64,000 bases of DNA. It comes from an uncultured Clostridia bacterium. Its GTDB lineage: Bacteria; Bacillota; Clostridia; Christensenellales; UBA1242. The stretch lies in assembly GCA_934747965.1 (NCBI GenBank), contig CAKVHI010000001.1, positions 65,703 through 129,702 of the forward strand, read 5' to 3'. Below the pieces are notes generated by a model. It was not told the origin of the DNA. It ran no database searches and was given only the letters and a program-made list of their open reading frames with translations. Of this stretch, positions 39,339 to 49,294 are shown piece after piece. The position numbers and the translations under genes were made by a program. Position 1 is the stretch's first letter; the number at the start of each line of letters is the position of its first letter.

Positions 39339-39737
39339 GTAGGTACATGTAGGTACATAGGTTTGAAATGGTTATGTACCTAATAAGAAAAATACTAGCG
39401 ATTTTGCTAGTATTTTAGGCAATTGTAGGAGATAGGATTGAAGTTTTTTAAAAATATTTTTAAGTTGGTAAGGCAGGGGTCACGGGTCCGATTCCCGTCA
39501 CCAGCTCCATTAAATAAAAGTCGCTAAAACGCCGATAAATAAAGGCTTTTAGCAATTTTTTTATTTGCAAATTTTTAGAGCACGACTCTCTTCAAAAAAT
39601 ACATTAGGTACACAAAATTGTCATTTTAGGTACACAAAAATCGCATAAAAAAAGACCGAAAATTGAACTTGCCAACTTTCGGTCTAATTCTCTCTAAAAC
39701 TGCCCAAAACTACTACGTTAGGTACATTTAGGTACAC
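39339..39737. repeat. Seven copies of TAGGTACA(Y) flanking the tRNA 3' fragment
   Basis: Copies at 39339-48 and 39349-58 (tandem), 39374-82 (inverted), 39605-13, 39627-35, 39719-27 and 39729-37. Confidence 0.85.
39465..39509 (+). pseudogene. 3' half of the disrupted tRNA-Thr (anticodon loop to CCA), right island junction
   Basis: Positions 39465-39500 are identical over 36 nt to 23132-23167 of the complete tRNA. They are followed by the acceptor 3' strand CACCAGC, which pairs with GCTGGTG at 23002, and then a hairpin terminator. Confidence 0.8.
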
Positions 39738-39747
39738 GATTTTATTG

Positions 39748-40002
39748 TTATTGTAAGATTTTCATTTTTATAATTAATTTATTTATTATATCTGGATATT
39801 GAGCAAGTTTACTAAATGGATCATTGATTAAAGATTGAACACGTTGAGTATCTGATTTTATGTAAATTGCCAAATCATCAATAGATATTTTTCTCACTGG
39901 TTCAATTGTGTTTATAACATGTAACATTATTCCTTGTCCGTAAGCATCAGATAAAAGATAATCTATTAATTTTTTTATATCAGTTTGTTCAATATCATTC
40001 AA
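39748..40002 (-). CDS. Hypothetical protein
   Basis: ORF only. It lies in a region of apparent remnants. Confidence 0.25.
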   Translation of the reverse strand: MNDIEQTDIKKLIDYLLSDAYGQGIMLHVINTIEPVRKISIDDLAIYIKSDTQRVQSLINDPFSKLAQYPDIINKLIIKMKILQ

Positions 40003-40384
40003 GAATTCCCCATATTTGCTATTTTTTAATGATATACTTTCATTAGCATAGTAATTCTCTCTTAATTTTTCTTTCCCATAATATTTTTTAATAAAATATT
40101 ATTGGTCTTCTTAAATATTAATAACAATGCAACTAATACAGGATACCAATAAAGATATTCAACTTGTTCTCCTTGTTGTTTTTTTTCATTACATATTAAG
40201 TTAAGCTCTAGACATAATCTGTTATAATATTGCGAACTTGACACTTTTGCAATAGTTAAAATTTGCAAGAGTTAGAAAGATTAGTTAATGAATAAACTTA
40301 AACAAAGAATAAAGTTTGTTTGACAATATATAGACAATATATATATAATTTTAGTATAAAACAAAATCACAAAGGAGAAATATT

Positions 40385-40963
40385 ATGCAGAAAATTACAG
40401 AAAGTAAAATGTTTGAATTGAAAAATAAATATTTAGAATGTTTTGACGAAAGTCACAATGCTGACAATGTGCTGTGTTCTGATACTAAATTGGTAATTAT
40501 TGGAACAATTACGCCCAAAAACTTTGATTACTTTTATTGTGCCCCAAGAAATAAAATCTTCGGATATATTGATGAGGTTGTCGGTTCTAATTTGAAAGAA
40601 TTAAAAATAAAACTAAATGCTTCAAAAAATGAAAGTGAAAAACAAAAAATAATTGTTGATATTAAAAATATTTTAACTGATAATAAAATAGCTTTTGTTG
40701 ATGCTATGAAATATGTAATTAGAGATAAAGATAAAATAAATAGTCATGATGATACAGCAATTAAATATTACTCCATTGATGAAAATACATTAAATATGAT
40801 TAATGATTATTCAATTATTATTTGCAATAGTAGATTATCTCAAGAAATAGTTTCAAAAATATTTAATATTAATAAAAATGAATTAACCTATATTCCCCAA
40901 AGAGGAAAAGATTCTACAAAATTAAATTGGTTAAATGGAATTAAAGAAAAATTAATTAAATAA
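40385..40963 (+). CDS. UDG-superfamily-like protein (deoxyinosine/uracil DNA glycosylase-like)
   Basis: AGGAGA RBS. LVIIGTITPKNFDYFYCAPRNKIFGY resembles the (G)S-x-P...YY-x-x-x-x-N-x-FW motif of family-6-like UDGs, and IAFVDAM...SHDDTAI resembles the second motif. A by-eye call only. Confidence 0.4.
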   Translation: MQKITESKMFELKNKYLECFDESHNADNVLCSDTKLVIIGTITPKNFDYFYCAPRNKIFGYIDEVVGSNLKELKIKLNASKNESEKQKIIVDIKNILTDNKIAFVDAMKYVIRDKDKINSHDDTAIKYYSIDENTLNMINDYSIIICNSRLSQEIVSKIFNINKNELTYIPQRGKDSTKLNWLNGIKEKLIK

Positions 40964-41070
40964 CTTACAACTGTATAATTGTATTTAAATAATTGTCACA
41001 TTTTTGAAAATTTAGTTTAATTAATTAAAAAAACAATATGAACAGGGACTAATAGATTCCGCAAATTTAC

Positions 41071-41223
41071 TTAAAAACTAACTTTACTAAAATTTCCCCA
41101 TTTAGCATATTCTATTGCTTTTTGCAGTTCTCTCGCAAGCCAATATTCACTACCATCATCTCGTTTGCGTTTTATATCTTCAAAAGATTTGTATTCACTT
41201 GAAACAATTTCATTTTCTAACAT
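41071..41223 (-). pseudogene. Truncated DinD / Bro-N-like N-terminal fragment (50 codons)
   Basis: The translation MLENEIVSSEYKSFEDIKRKRDDGSEYWLARELQKAIEYAKWGNFSKVSF* matches the N-terminal pattern of DNA-damage-inducible protein D, then stops. Confidence 0.4.
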
Positions 41224-41376
41224 ATCTTTCCCCTTATGTTGATTATAACATAAACATCATCTTTTTGTATTTCAATTTCTATAAATATTTGCATTTACTT
41301 TCGTGTTTTGGTTTTCGCCACTTAAAAATTTAATTTCGTGTATCCTATTGTTCGTATGCACTGTAGTTCTAACTGA

Positions 41377-41790
41377 CTTTATAGGATCAATTTTCTTTTC
41401 AAAAAGTCATTTTCGCTTGTAAATGACGATTTGGGCAACGATTTATCTTACTCTAACTCTATTATAAACAACTTTGTTTTTGAAAATGAGTATTGTGATA
41501 TTCAATCTTTTAAGGTTGATATGTGCTACATATAAGATAATTTGGCCACCAACAATGGCGGTTTTGGTATTTATCTTTATTCTTCAAAAGAAATGCCGTA
41601 TTTAATGAATAACTCTCAAAAAACAAACGGTGGTTTTGACGAAATTCGTACTGAAAGCACAATTGTAAAAGATAGTTACAATTCTACAAGTTTAAACAAT
41701 ACTATCGTTATAACTAGAAGTATTAAGGCTAGGTATGCTATTCACGATACTAGTGTAAACGGTAATTTTATAAGTGATAACAAACTCTAA
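41377..41790 (+). pseudogene. Remnant of a beta-helix (PMP-like repeat) surface protein with an in-frame stop
   Basis: One frame reads ...IINNFVFENEYCDIQSFKVDMCYI*DNLATNNGGFGIYLYSS..., with TAA at 41533-35. There is no ATG start. NNGGFGIY resembles the GGAIF/GSAVYM repeats of the 1522-aa protein. Confidence 0.35.
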
Positions 41791-41950
41791 TGGTGTTTTT
41801 AGCAAATATTTTAATTTATGTAGACTACAAGTTAATTTTAACATAGGAGGTTTTTCTTTATCAAAGTAAACTGCTTTTGAACCACGGGACTATCCCGTGG
41901 TTTTCTGTAACAAAAAGACGAAATATTATCTACTCCGTCTTTCAAATTTT

Positions 41951-42445
41951 TTACTCTTTTGATTTTTTTACATATTCATTTATATATTCTTTCATTTTAC
42001 CTGTTCTTTCATGGTCAAAAACATATTTCGTTCTTGGTTTAACAAAATTTGATGAGCCACGCTTTTCATCTCTATATCTTGGAATAAGTTGTATGTGATA
42101 ATGATTATTTGCACCATCACACATTGTACAAACATACACCCTTTCACAACAATAAATTTGTTTTAAAGCAATCATAAATTGTTTTGCAAATCTTACAATT
42201 TTTTCATTAAGTTTGTCAGGAGCCTCGCTCATGTCGTGATAATGTGTTTGACTTATAATTGACATGTGTCCTTTTGATCTCGGATTTGCAACAAATAAAC
42301 AATCAATATCTTTATCTTCATAAATTCTCAACTCGCTATCATTACCATAAACTCCACCATTTGTTTCTCTATTTAAACAAGTGGGACATATACCCATATC
42401 GACCAATTCACCTACGGGTAGTTTTAATAATTCTTCCGTTGTCAT
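41951..42445 (-). CDS. HIT (histidine triad) family protein
   Basis: The H-x-H-x-H-x-x motif NNHYHIQLIPR. Confidence 0.75.
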   Translation of the reverse strand: MTTEELLKLPVGELVDMGICPTCLNRETNGGVYGNDSELRIYEDKDIDCLFVANPRSKGHMSIISQTHYHDMSEAPDKLNEKIVRFAKQFMIALKQIYCCERVYVCTMCDGANNHYHIQLIPRYRDEKRGSSNFVKPRTKYVFDHERTGKMKEYINEYVKKSKE

Positions 42446-42638
42446 AAACTCTCCTTAAAGGAATTATACAAAATAATTTTTTCTTATACAAGTAAAAATT
42501 CAAAAAAATTTTGACAATCAATTAGTGTGAGCATAACACAGTCTTTTCTTGATAAACATTTAAACTCTCTTTAAAAGTAAGATTTTTAGCAACCTTATTT
42601 GCTTTAAACCACAAAATATGATATATTAATACCATGAT

Positions 42639-44627
42639 ATGAAAAAATATCTAAACCAATCAAGAACAAAGATTTTTGCTGTTTTTGCAATGCTAATGTT
42701 ACTTTTAACATGTTTTACTATGATACCTAAACATGTTATTGTTTTTGCTGATACATTATCAAACACGACCACTCTTACAACATTAAGCATAGATGAGATT
42801 GCACAAAAAGAAAAGTATAACAGTTGCGATTATGATATCGTTACGCCAAATCTTGACCAAGAAAGCACAGATATTTGTTGGGCTTATGCAACCGCAAGTG
42901 CATCTGAAACATCAATTTTAAAAGACAAGTTGGATAATAACACGAAAGACACTTTGCATTTTTCTCCAACACAAATTGCATACAGAACACACAATAGAGA
43001 TAAAGATCCACTTAATAATACCGACGGCGTTTATTCAAACGATAAATGGAATGTAACTGGAAGTTCTTATAACACATTTTTGATGTTATCCCAATGGTGT
43101 GCCCCAGTGGCTGGGAATATTACCCATAAAGCTGATGCCTATGAAAACAGTTTATATAGACTGCTAGATGCAGAACAAATCGACTTATACTCTACCGGTT
43201 TATCTAGGATAAGCGAAATAAAGCGGGCAATTGCTAAATATGGTGCTGTAACGGGATCATATTATAATGCTCGAGAAGTAAATTACTATAACACAAAAGG
43301 CGAAACACGTAACGGAATTTCTCATGCTATGACTATAGTTGGGTGGGACGACACAATTCCATCAAATAATTTTCAACCAAATATTGCAAGCCAAAATGGT
43401 GGTTGGATAATTAAAAACAGTTATAATTCCCTTCCTTACTTTTATCTTTCTTATGACAGTAGTGTTGGCAATGTTTGTGGGTTTAGATATGCAAGCAAAT
43501 CTGAATTTGACTTTAACTATTTTTACGATAATGTATCTGATGCCCCAATGCGAAGTGAAAGTAATTCAAAATGCGTTTCAAATGTGTTTATGGCAAAGAA
43601 AAGTAATAACACTCATAACGAATATATAAAAGCAGTGAATGTGGCAACGTATGGGTATAACTTAACATGTAAAGTTCAAGTTTACACAAATTTAACCAAC
43701 CCAAAAAATCCCGAAAGCGGAACGCTAAGCGCTTTTGGCGAGCGAAAATTAGATTATGGCGGATATCACACAATTATGCTAGAAAATTTAGCAAAAATTG
43801 AGAATGGCACATATTATTCTGTTGTCGTGAGCATTAGTAGTAATAGCGGTGGAAGTGCATACATTTTATATTCTCTCAATTCAAGCGAAAACACACATTA
43901 CAAATCTTCTTATGGTTGGAATAGTATAGGTTATGCTGGAAGAATAAAAGCCTACACAGTTTTAAAAGAAAAGAAAGAAATCGAACATAAAACTGATATT
44001 TCTATTGCTCAACATAGCGACACTCCTCCTGTTCCTTTTACTGGTCAAGAACTTTACCCACAAGTAAATTTAACTTTAAATTCACAAACACTGATTAAAG
44101 ATATTGACTACAATATTTCCTATAAAAACAACAAAAATGTCGGGACCGCTGAAATTGAAATTAACGGAATCGGAAATTACACTGGAAGTCTAACCCTGCA
44201 ATTTGAAATTTTACCAATTGATGTTCCAACAAAGCCTAATAGTCAAATAAAAATTTCCAATAATGCAACAACTCTGTCTGATATTAGCCTTCCTGCTGGT
44301 TGGCTATGGAAAAATCCGAATTTAATAGTTAAAAATTTAACAAGTGCAATTGCAATTTATGTTGGTGAAAACAAAGACAACTACAAAAATACAACTATGA
44401 CAATATCTCTGCAAAAAGAACCTATTGACGCAAATCCTGATAATTCAAATAACAATAACAATGATAATTCAGATGATATAATTCTAGTTAAGCCATATAT
44501 TATTTCTATAATAGTAGTTTCAGTTGTTGTCGGATTGATTTTAATATTTTCAGCTTTTCTGCTTATCATAAAAATTCAAAAAAAGAAAAAAATTAAACAT
44601 CGCAAAAATATATCAAAACTCAGGTAA
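42639..44627 (+). CDS. Secreted, C-terminally membrane-anchored papain-like (C1 family) cysteine peptidase
   Basis: A signal peptide and the catalytic-region strings QESTDICWAYATASASE (Q...C), HAMTIVGWDD (H) and GGWIIKNSY (N). The C-terminus has Ig-like segments, an N/D-rich linker, a TM helix and a K/R tail. Confidence 0.75.
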   Translation: MKKYLNQSRTKIFAVFAMLMLLLTCFTMIPKHVIVFADTLSNTTTLTTLSIDEIAQKEKYNSCDYDIVTPNLDQESTDICWAYATASASETSILKDKLDNNTKDTLHFSPTQIAYRTHNRDKDPLNNTDGVYSNDKWNVTGSSYNTFLMLSQWCAPVAGNITHKADAYENSLYRLLDAEQIDLYSTGLSRISEIKRAIAKYGAVTGSYYNAREVNYYNTKGETRNGISHAMTIVGWDDTIPSNNFQPNIASQNGGWIIKNSYNSLPYFYLSYDSSVGNVCGFRYASKSEFDFNYFYDNVSDAPMRSESNSKCVSNVFMAKKSNNTHNEYIKAVNVATYGYNLTCKVQVYTNLTNPKNPESGTLSAFGERKLDYGGYHTIMLENLAKIENGTYYSVVVSISSNSGGSAYILYSLNSSENTHYKSSYGWNSIGYAGRIKAYTVLKEKKEIEHKTDISIAQHSDTPPVPFTGQELYPQVNLTLNSQTLIKDIDYNISYKNNKNVGTAEIEINGIGNYTGSLTLQFEILPIDVPTKPNSQIKISNNATTLSDISLPAGWLWKNPNLIVKNLTSAIAIYVGENKDNYKNTTMTISLQKEPIDANPDNSNNNNNDNSDDIILVKPYIISIIVVSVVVGLILIFSAFLLIIKIQKKKKIKHRKNISKLR

Positions 44628-44725
44628 TACTTGAGTTTTTTTATAAAAAAAGAAGAATTATAACTAACTCCCCTTTTTTTGAAATTTAAGTTAAATTTAT
44701 TCTAATTTATTATATTATCATACAC

Positions 44726-47700
44726 TCAAACGCGTTTGTTATTTGACTTTTTTTTCTTTTTTAATTTAGAAAAAAACAATACTCCTAACACAATTAAAAC
44801 AATTCCACCCACACCAATTGATAATATTAAAACTGCACCTTTTTTCTTCCAATCTTGCGAGTTGTTGACCGAATCTAATGTAACATTCTTTTCTTGTTTT
44901 ACAAATTTCTCGTAAGTAAATTCCGCAGTATAAATTAAAATTTTTTTATCTTCATTTGTTTGATGTGTTATTGTTTTTGTTTGAACAGTTTCTGTATGTT
45001 TCCCACCACATTCACAATAACCGATTGCGGTACATGTTGAATTATCTTCACTCCATGTATATGTAATTTCTTGATTGTATAAATGGTTGCGAATTTTTAT
45101 TAAATTGTCTGCAAAAACCTTACACAATGTTTGAGTTTTAATGTATTGAACACCAACAAATTGAAAATTTGAAAGATCTATAATTAACGACTTTTCAATA
45201 TAAATATCTTCACTGAGCACAACATCATCTTTTAAAATTATTTTATCACCACTATCGGCGCAATTTATAGCTTGAAATAAGTTTGAAAAATAAATTTCCT
45301 TTTCACCATTCTTAATTACTGCTTTTGCAGATGTTTTTTCTCCAATTTTTATATTATTCCCATCGACATACAAAAGTTTATCAGTCACTTTTATTGATTT
45401 TAGAACTTTATATATCAATTCATCATCTTCACAAATGGCAACAATTGTATCATTTGAAGTATCTTCCATTTTAATATTTAATGTTTTGTTTAAAAGCGGT
45501 CCTGCAATATAAATTTTTTTATCTCTTGGCAAGTAAACTTCTTCAATCTCCTCAAAATCTGCAATATTTACTTTTGCGCTACCGTTCAAATAAATACTCG
45601 ACCCAACAACTGCATAATTGTTTCTAAATTTCCCACCATTAATATCGAGTTTTCCGTTTGAAACCCAAAACACGCCGCCCTTCAAATTTGCAAGATTGTT
45701 TTCAAATGTGCCACCATTTACTAAGCAAGTCGAAGAATTGTCAACACAAAACACCGATGTGTTGTTTTTTGTGGTCCCACTATTGCCTGAAAAAACTCCA
45801 CTATCAATAATTAAACTTGAATTATCTCGCATATAAACTGCAGAACCAAATGTATATGAATAACAATCTCGAATTGTAGTATTAGACAAAGTTGCTTTTG
45901 CTTGTCCACCCAAAAAGATTGCACCACCAGCATTTTGTGCATTAGCAGAATAATTATTAAAATTATTCCTTAATACACAATCCTCCAATCCAAGTTGCGA
46001 TTTATCACTCATTTTAATTAGTGAACTTGTAGCACAAATTCCGTTATTTACCATTCCACGACCTAAAACAGAATTGATGTCGCCATCCCAAATTGCTCCG
46101 CCATCAATTATTAAATCTTTAAGCACCAAACTTCCGCTACCCTTTACCATAAATATTGCAGATAAAAACTCGCTTTTTCGTTTCAAAAGATGATTGTTCC
46201 CATTGATTGTAATTTTCTTTGATATATTGTATTCAGAAGACACCTCAATGTCTTTTAAGAGTTCAATTGTCCCAACAGCATCAATGCTTTTAATCGCATC
46301 GTCAAGTGACAAATAATAATTTTCTCCGACTAAGGCAACACTATCACTAACATCTATAACTTTGACTGTAAAATTTGTTACATGTATTTCATTATACTTG
46401 ATAGTTATTTCTTTTGTCCCAATTTGAGTAAATATAATATTCTCTAATGTCAATAATTCATTTGGTATAATAGCAAAAGTATTGTCTTGAAAATTTATTT
46501 TTACCTTCAAACCTTTATAGTTTATCTTTTGATCTTTTACATAAACTATTTGATTTGGTAAATCTTCTATTCCTATCCCAGTTATTTGTTTGTTTTTCAT
46601 TGTTGTATCTTCAAAAAATTCTAGCAATCTCGCAGAACAAAAGCCACCAACAGTGTTCGCTCCAACAACTTTGATATATTGTCCATAAACAGGCACAAAA
46701 GTTAAAGATTTCTTTGTGTTATTATTCCCCCAACCATTTACACTTGTTGCCAATGTCCAATTTTCCCCATCTTGACTTACATACACATTGCAAGCAAGCA
46801 TTGTTCCATTTCCGCCAACAGGAGTGTAATCTAATCCGCTAATATATTTGCTATTATCTAGTTTTACCACAATAAACCTATCAGTGTCACCACCACTCCA
46901 TTTTGTGTGCCAACGGGTGGATAGTTTACCGTCAATAGCATACTTTGCATAGTCATTTCGAGAAGGCTCTTCGCTTGAGTAGTCACATAATTGTAGTGAA
47001 TAGATTGGTATATAATTCCTTATTGAATTATAATTGTTAGTAAATTCAAATGTCGTGACACTTCCTTCTAATATTAGTCCATATCTTTTATAGCGAACAT
47101 AAACTTTTTTTTCATCCATAAAGACACTTTCTTCGCTCAAATCTTGCCATGTGACCATATCCAACGAAAATTCAACATTGGTAAAATTTCCAAAAAATCT
47201 ATTTTCGTTATCATTCGCTTCTAAATTAGCGATTTTAACGCCATCTAAAATATCAATTTTGAATGCTTTTTTAAGGTCAATTACCGTTCCCCACCCTTCA
47301 AGCCATATATAAATATCATCGGTGCTTGATATTTTATCTAACTCACTTGCTGTAAATTCGTGTGTGATATTATCTTGTGATGTAAAGAGAGAGTTACTCC
47401 AAGTTACTCCAGCATCAATGCTATATTTATACCTAACATTGGAATAATTTGAATTAAATACCAGTTTATTTTTGTTTTCTCCATCAAAGGCAAATGTGGC
47501 AAGTTTTTCTTCTTCGACCAAACCAAGAAGATATTTTGCTTCTTGAACACAAGGACCTGTTTGAGCAATTAGTTTTTTTCCATCTTCATCACTATCCACA
47601 TTTGTGGCTTTTTGCAATGCCATGTTGTCTATATTTCTCACTTTCGCAAGTTGAATTATAGATGAGTCAGTATTGCGAACTATTAATTCCTTTTCAATTA

Positions 47701-49294
47701 ATGCAATTAACTCATGCATAGGAAGCGGAAAACAATACATATTTTGTGCAATTTCTTCCGCCAGACTTGCTAACTCTGTATCGTCTTTGTTTGTGTTAAT
47801 ATATAATTTGATAAGCTCATACCACCCATCTAAGTGATATGGCATTATAGACAAAGCATATCTAAATAATTCTTCTTGTTTTGCCTCGTTAGTTGCACTT
47901 TTAAGACTTAATACGAGTTCTGCTTTTTCATAACTTTCTTGATTATCCAGCGCAGTTGTGGCTAAAAGAATATATGTGCCGTTATAATTTGTAACTTGCT
48001 CACTGCCTATTGTTCCCCAATCACACATCATACGATTGTTGCCATGTCCAACAGTATCTTCATTCATCCATGATTTTGTCCACCCGAAAATATCGTTATC
48101 AATTGTCCAAATTGTTTTCCCATTTGCATCTTTGTTATACACAAAAAATGCTGCATGGTCTGGTTGCCTTATGTAATGAGATGGAACTCCAAATGCAGAA
48201 GCAAAATTTGTGCCAAGATATGAGATTCCCCAGCAAATTTGACTACCTTCCATAGCCATCCATAAACGAGGAGTTGTGGTTAAGTGAACACCAAATTGTT
48301 CAAGCATATACTTTTGATTGTAATTTTCAAAATTTTCTTCTTTATAATATCCTTTTGCTTCATAGTTCCAATCTCTGCCATATTTAATATGTGAATGTGG
48401 CGAATAAACATTTGGGTATTTAATAACCGAATTATTTCCTAAATATTTTATTGTTGCATACGCATTAAGCCAATATATTTCCTCACTATTGATACGAGAA
48501 CTCATAAGATATCTCATTTCTTCAACACAGAGATTTTCAAAAATATCATATCTCAAATGATAGTCATCTGCAAGATAAGTATATTTAAATGCCTCATATC
48601 TTGCAACTGGGTCAAGAATATCTGACGAGTTTACCCAGCCATAAACATCTTTTGCATTGCTTAAAGCAATTGAAATCATCATTGTGCGATAAACATCTCC
48701 ACGATTTCTTGTTGAGCCTGTTTCTGGAGCAAATAATTTTGTTGTGTCATTCAAATCTGCACTATGTTCCTTATATAACCTTGTCAAAACTTTTAGTGCA
48801 TTTATATAGTTGCCCCCATTTGGAATTCCGCCCGTCACAAAATCTTTTAAGGCAGTGCTATCATTGATAAGCCAATTCAACATTTGTTGGCGTTCTTGTT
48901 TATCCTCACCACTTAGGAACTCATTTTTTAATTTATCATAACCTATTGTATCAACAAATTTACGCTGCATAAGTTCCAATGTATAATTTTCTAAAATTTC
49001 CTGTGTTGTTTTGTCTGCAAAAATCCTGTCATAATATTCAACAGATTTAATTAAATCTTCACTTTCAAAAGTGTATCCCGCTAAAAATAGTTCACCAGCC
49101 CTTGATGTCGAATAATAGTCGATGGTTTTAATCGAACTATCAGCATAAACTTTTGTCCTATTTTTACAAAGAAAATATATGCCTGTTCCAAAAATTGAAA
49201 AAACTAAAAAAAACAAAATAAATGTCTCAAAAATTCTTTTACTTAATGTTTTATCCCCTTGCATATAGGTCCCCAAATTATAGATAAATTTCAT
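44726..49294 (-). CDS. Giant surface protein: N-terminal TM/signal anchor, F5/8 type C (discoidin)-like domain, right-handed beta-helix repeats, C-terminal TM anchor
   Basis: NDYAKYAIDGKLSTRWHTKW (discoidin-like) and the repeats GGAIFLGG / GSAVYM / GGVFWV / GSSIYL. The C-terminal hydrophobic helix is followed by KLKKKKKSNNKRV. The start may be the Met at 49264. Confidence 0.6.
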   Translation of the reverse strand: MKFIYNLGTYMQGDKTLSKRIFETFILFFLVFSIFGTGIYFLCKNRTKVYADSSIKTIDYYSTSRAGELFLAGYTFESEDLIKSVEYYDRIFADKTTQEILENYTLELMQRKFVDTIGYDKLKNEFLSGEDKQERQQMLNWLINDSTALKDFVTGGIPNGGNYINALKVLTRLYKEHSADLNDTTKLFAPETGSTRNRGDVYRTMMISIALSNAKDVYGWVNSSDILDPVARYEAFKYTYLADDYHLRYDIFENLCVEEMRYLMSSRINSEEIYWLNAYATIKYLGNNSVIKYPNVYSPHSHIKYGRDWNYEAKGYYKEENFENYNQKYMLEQFGVHLTTTPRLWMAMEGSQICWGISYLGTNFASAFGVPSHYIRQPDHAAFFVYNKDANGKTIWTIDNDIFGWTKSWMNEDTVGHGNNRMMCDWGTIGSEQVTNYNGTYILLATTALDNQESYEKAELVLSLKSATNEAKQEELFRYALSIMPYHLDGWYELIKLYINTNKDDTELASLAEEIAQNMYCFPLPMHELIALIEKELIVRNTDSSIIQLAKVRNIDNMALQKATNVDSDEDGKKLIAQTGPCVQEAKYLLGLVEEEKLATFAFDGENKNKLVFNSNYSNVRYKYSIDAGVTWSNSLFTSQDNITHEFTASELDKISSTDDIYIWLEGWGTVIDLKKAFKIDILDGVKIANLEANDNENRFFGNFTNVEFSLDMVTWQDLSEESVFMDEKKVYVRYKRYGLILEGSVTTFEFTNNYNSIRNYIPIYSLQLCDYSSEEPSRNDYAKYAIDGKLSTRWHTKWSGGDTDRFIVVKLDNSKYISGLDYTPVGGNGTMLACNVYVSQDGENWTLATSVNGWGNNNTKKSLTFVPVYGQYIKVVGANTVGGFCSARLLEFFEDTTMKNKQITGIGIEDLPNQIVYVKDQKINYKGLKVKINFQDNTFAIIPNELLTLENIIFTQIGTKEITIKYNEIHVTNFTVKVIDVSDSVALVGENYYLSLDDAIKSIDAVGTIELLKDIEVSSEYNISKKITINGNNHLLKRKSEFLSAIFMVKGSGSLVLKDLIIDGGAIWDGDINSVLGRGMVNNGICATSSLIKMSDKSQLGLEDCVLRNNFNNYSANAQNAGGAIFLGGQAKATLSNTTIRDCYSYTFGSAVYMRDNSSLIIDSGVFSGNSGTTKNNTSVFCVDNSSTCLVNGGTFENNLANLKGGVFWVSNGKLDINGGKFRNNYAVVGSSIYLNGSAKVNIADFEEIEEVYLPRDKKIYIAGPLLNKTLNIKMEDTSNDTIVAICEDDELIYKVLKSIKVTDKLLYVDGNNIKIGEKTSAKAVIKNGEKEIYFSNLFQAINCADSGDKIILKDDVVLSEDIYIEKSLIIDLSNFQFVGVQYIKTQTLCKVFADNLIKIRNHLYNQEITYTWSEDNSTCTAIGYCECGGKHTETVQTKTITHQTNEDKKILIYTAEFTYEKFVKQEKNVTLDSVNNSQDWKKKGAVLILSIGVGGIVLIVLGVLFFSKLKKKKKSNNKRV

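Larger units (their letters stand above)
23040..39464. mobile_element. About 16.4 kb integrative mobilizable island inserted in tRNA-Thr
   Basis: It is bounded by the two halves of a split tRNA whose acceptor strands are complementary (GCTGGTG / CACCAGC). An 8-bp TTGGTAAG is shared at both junctions. Contents: a complete tRNA-Thr, int, xis, a MobL-like relaxase and defence cargo. Confidence 0.7.

Noticed and set aside
40062-40268. 68-aa minus-strand ORF between the 84-aa ORF and the UDG-like gene
   Set aside because: It has no RBS and odd composition, and it lies in a region that looks like decayed remnants. It is possibly part of a frameshifted older gene, but I cannot support any call.
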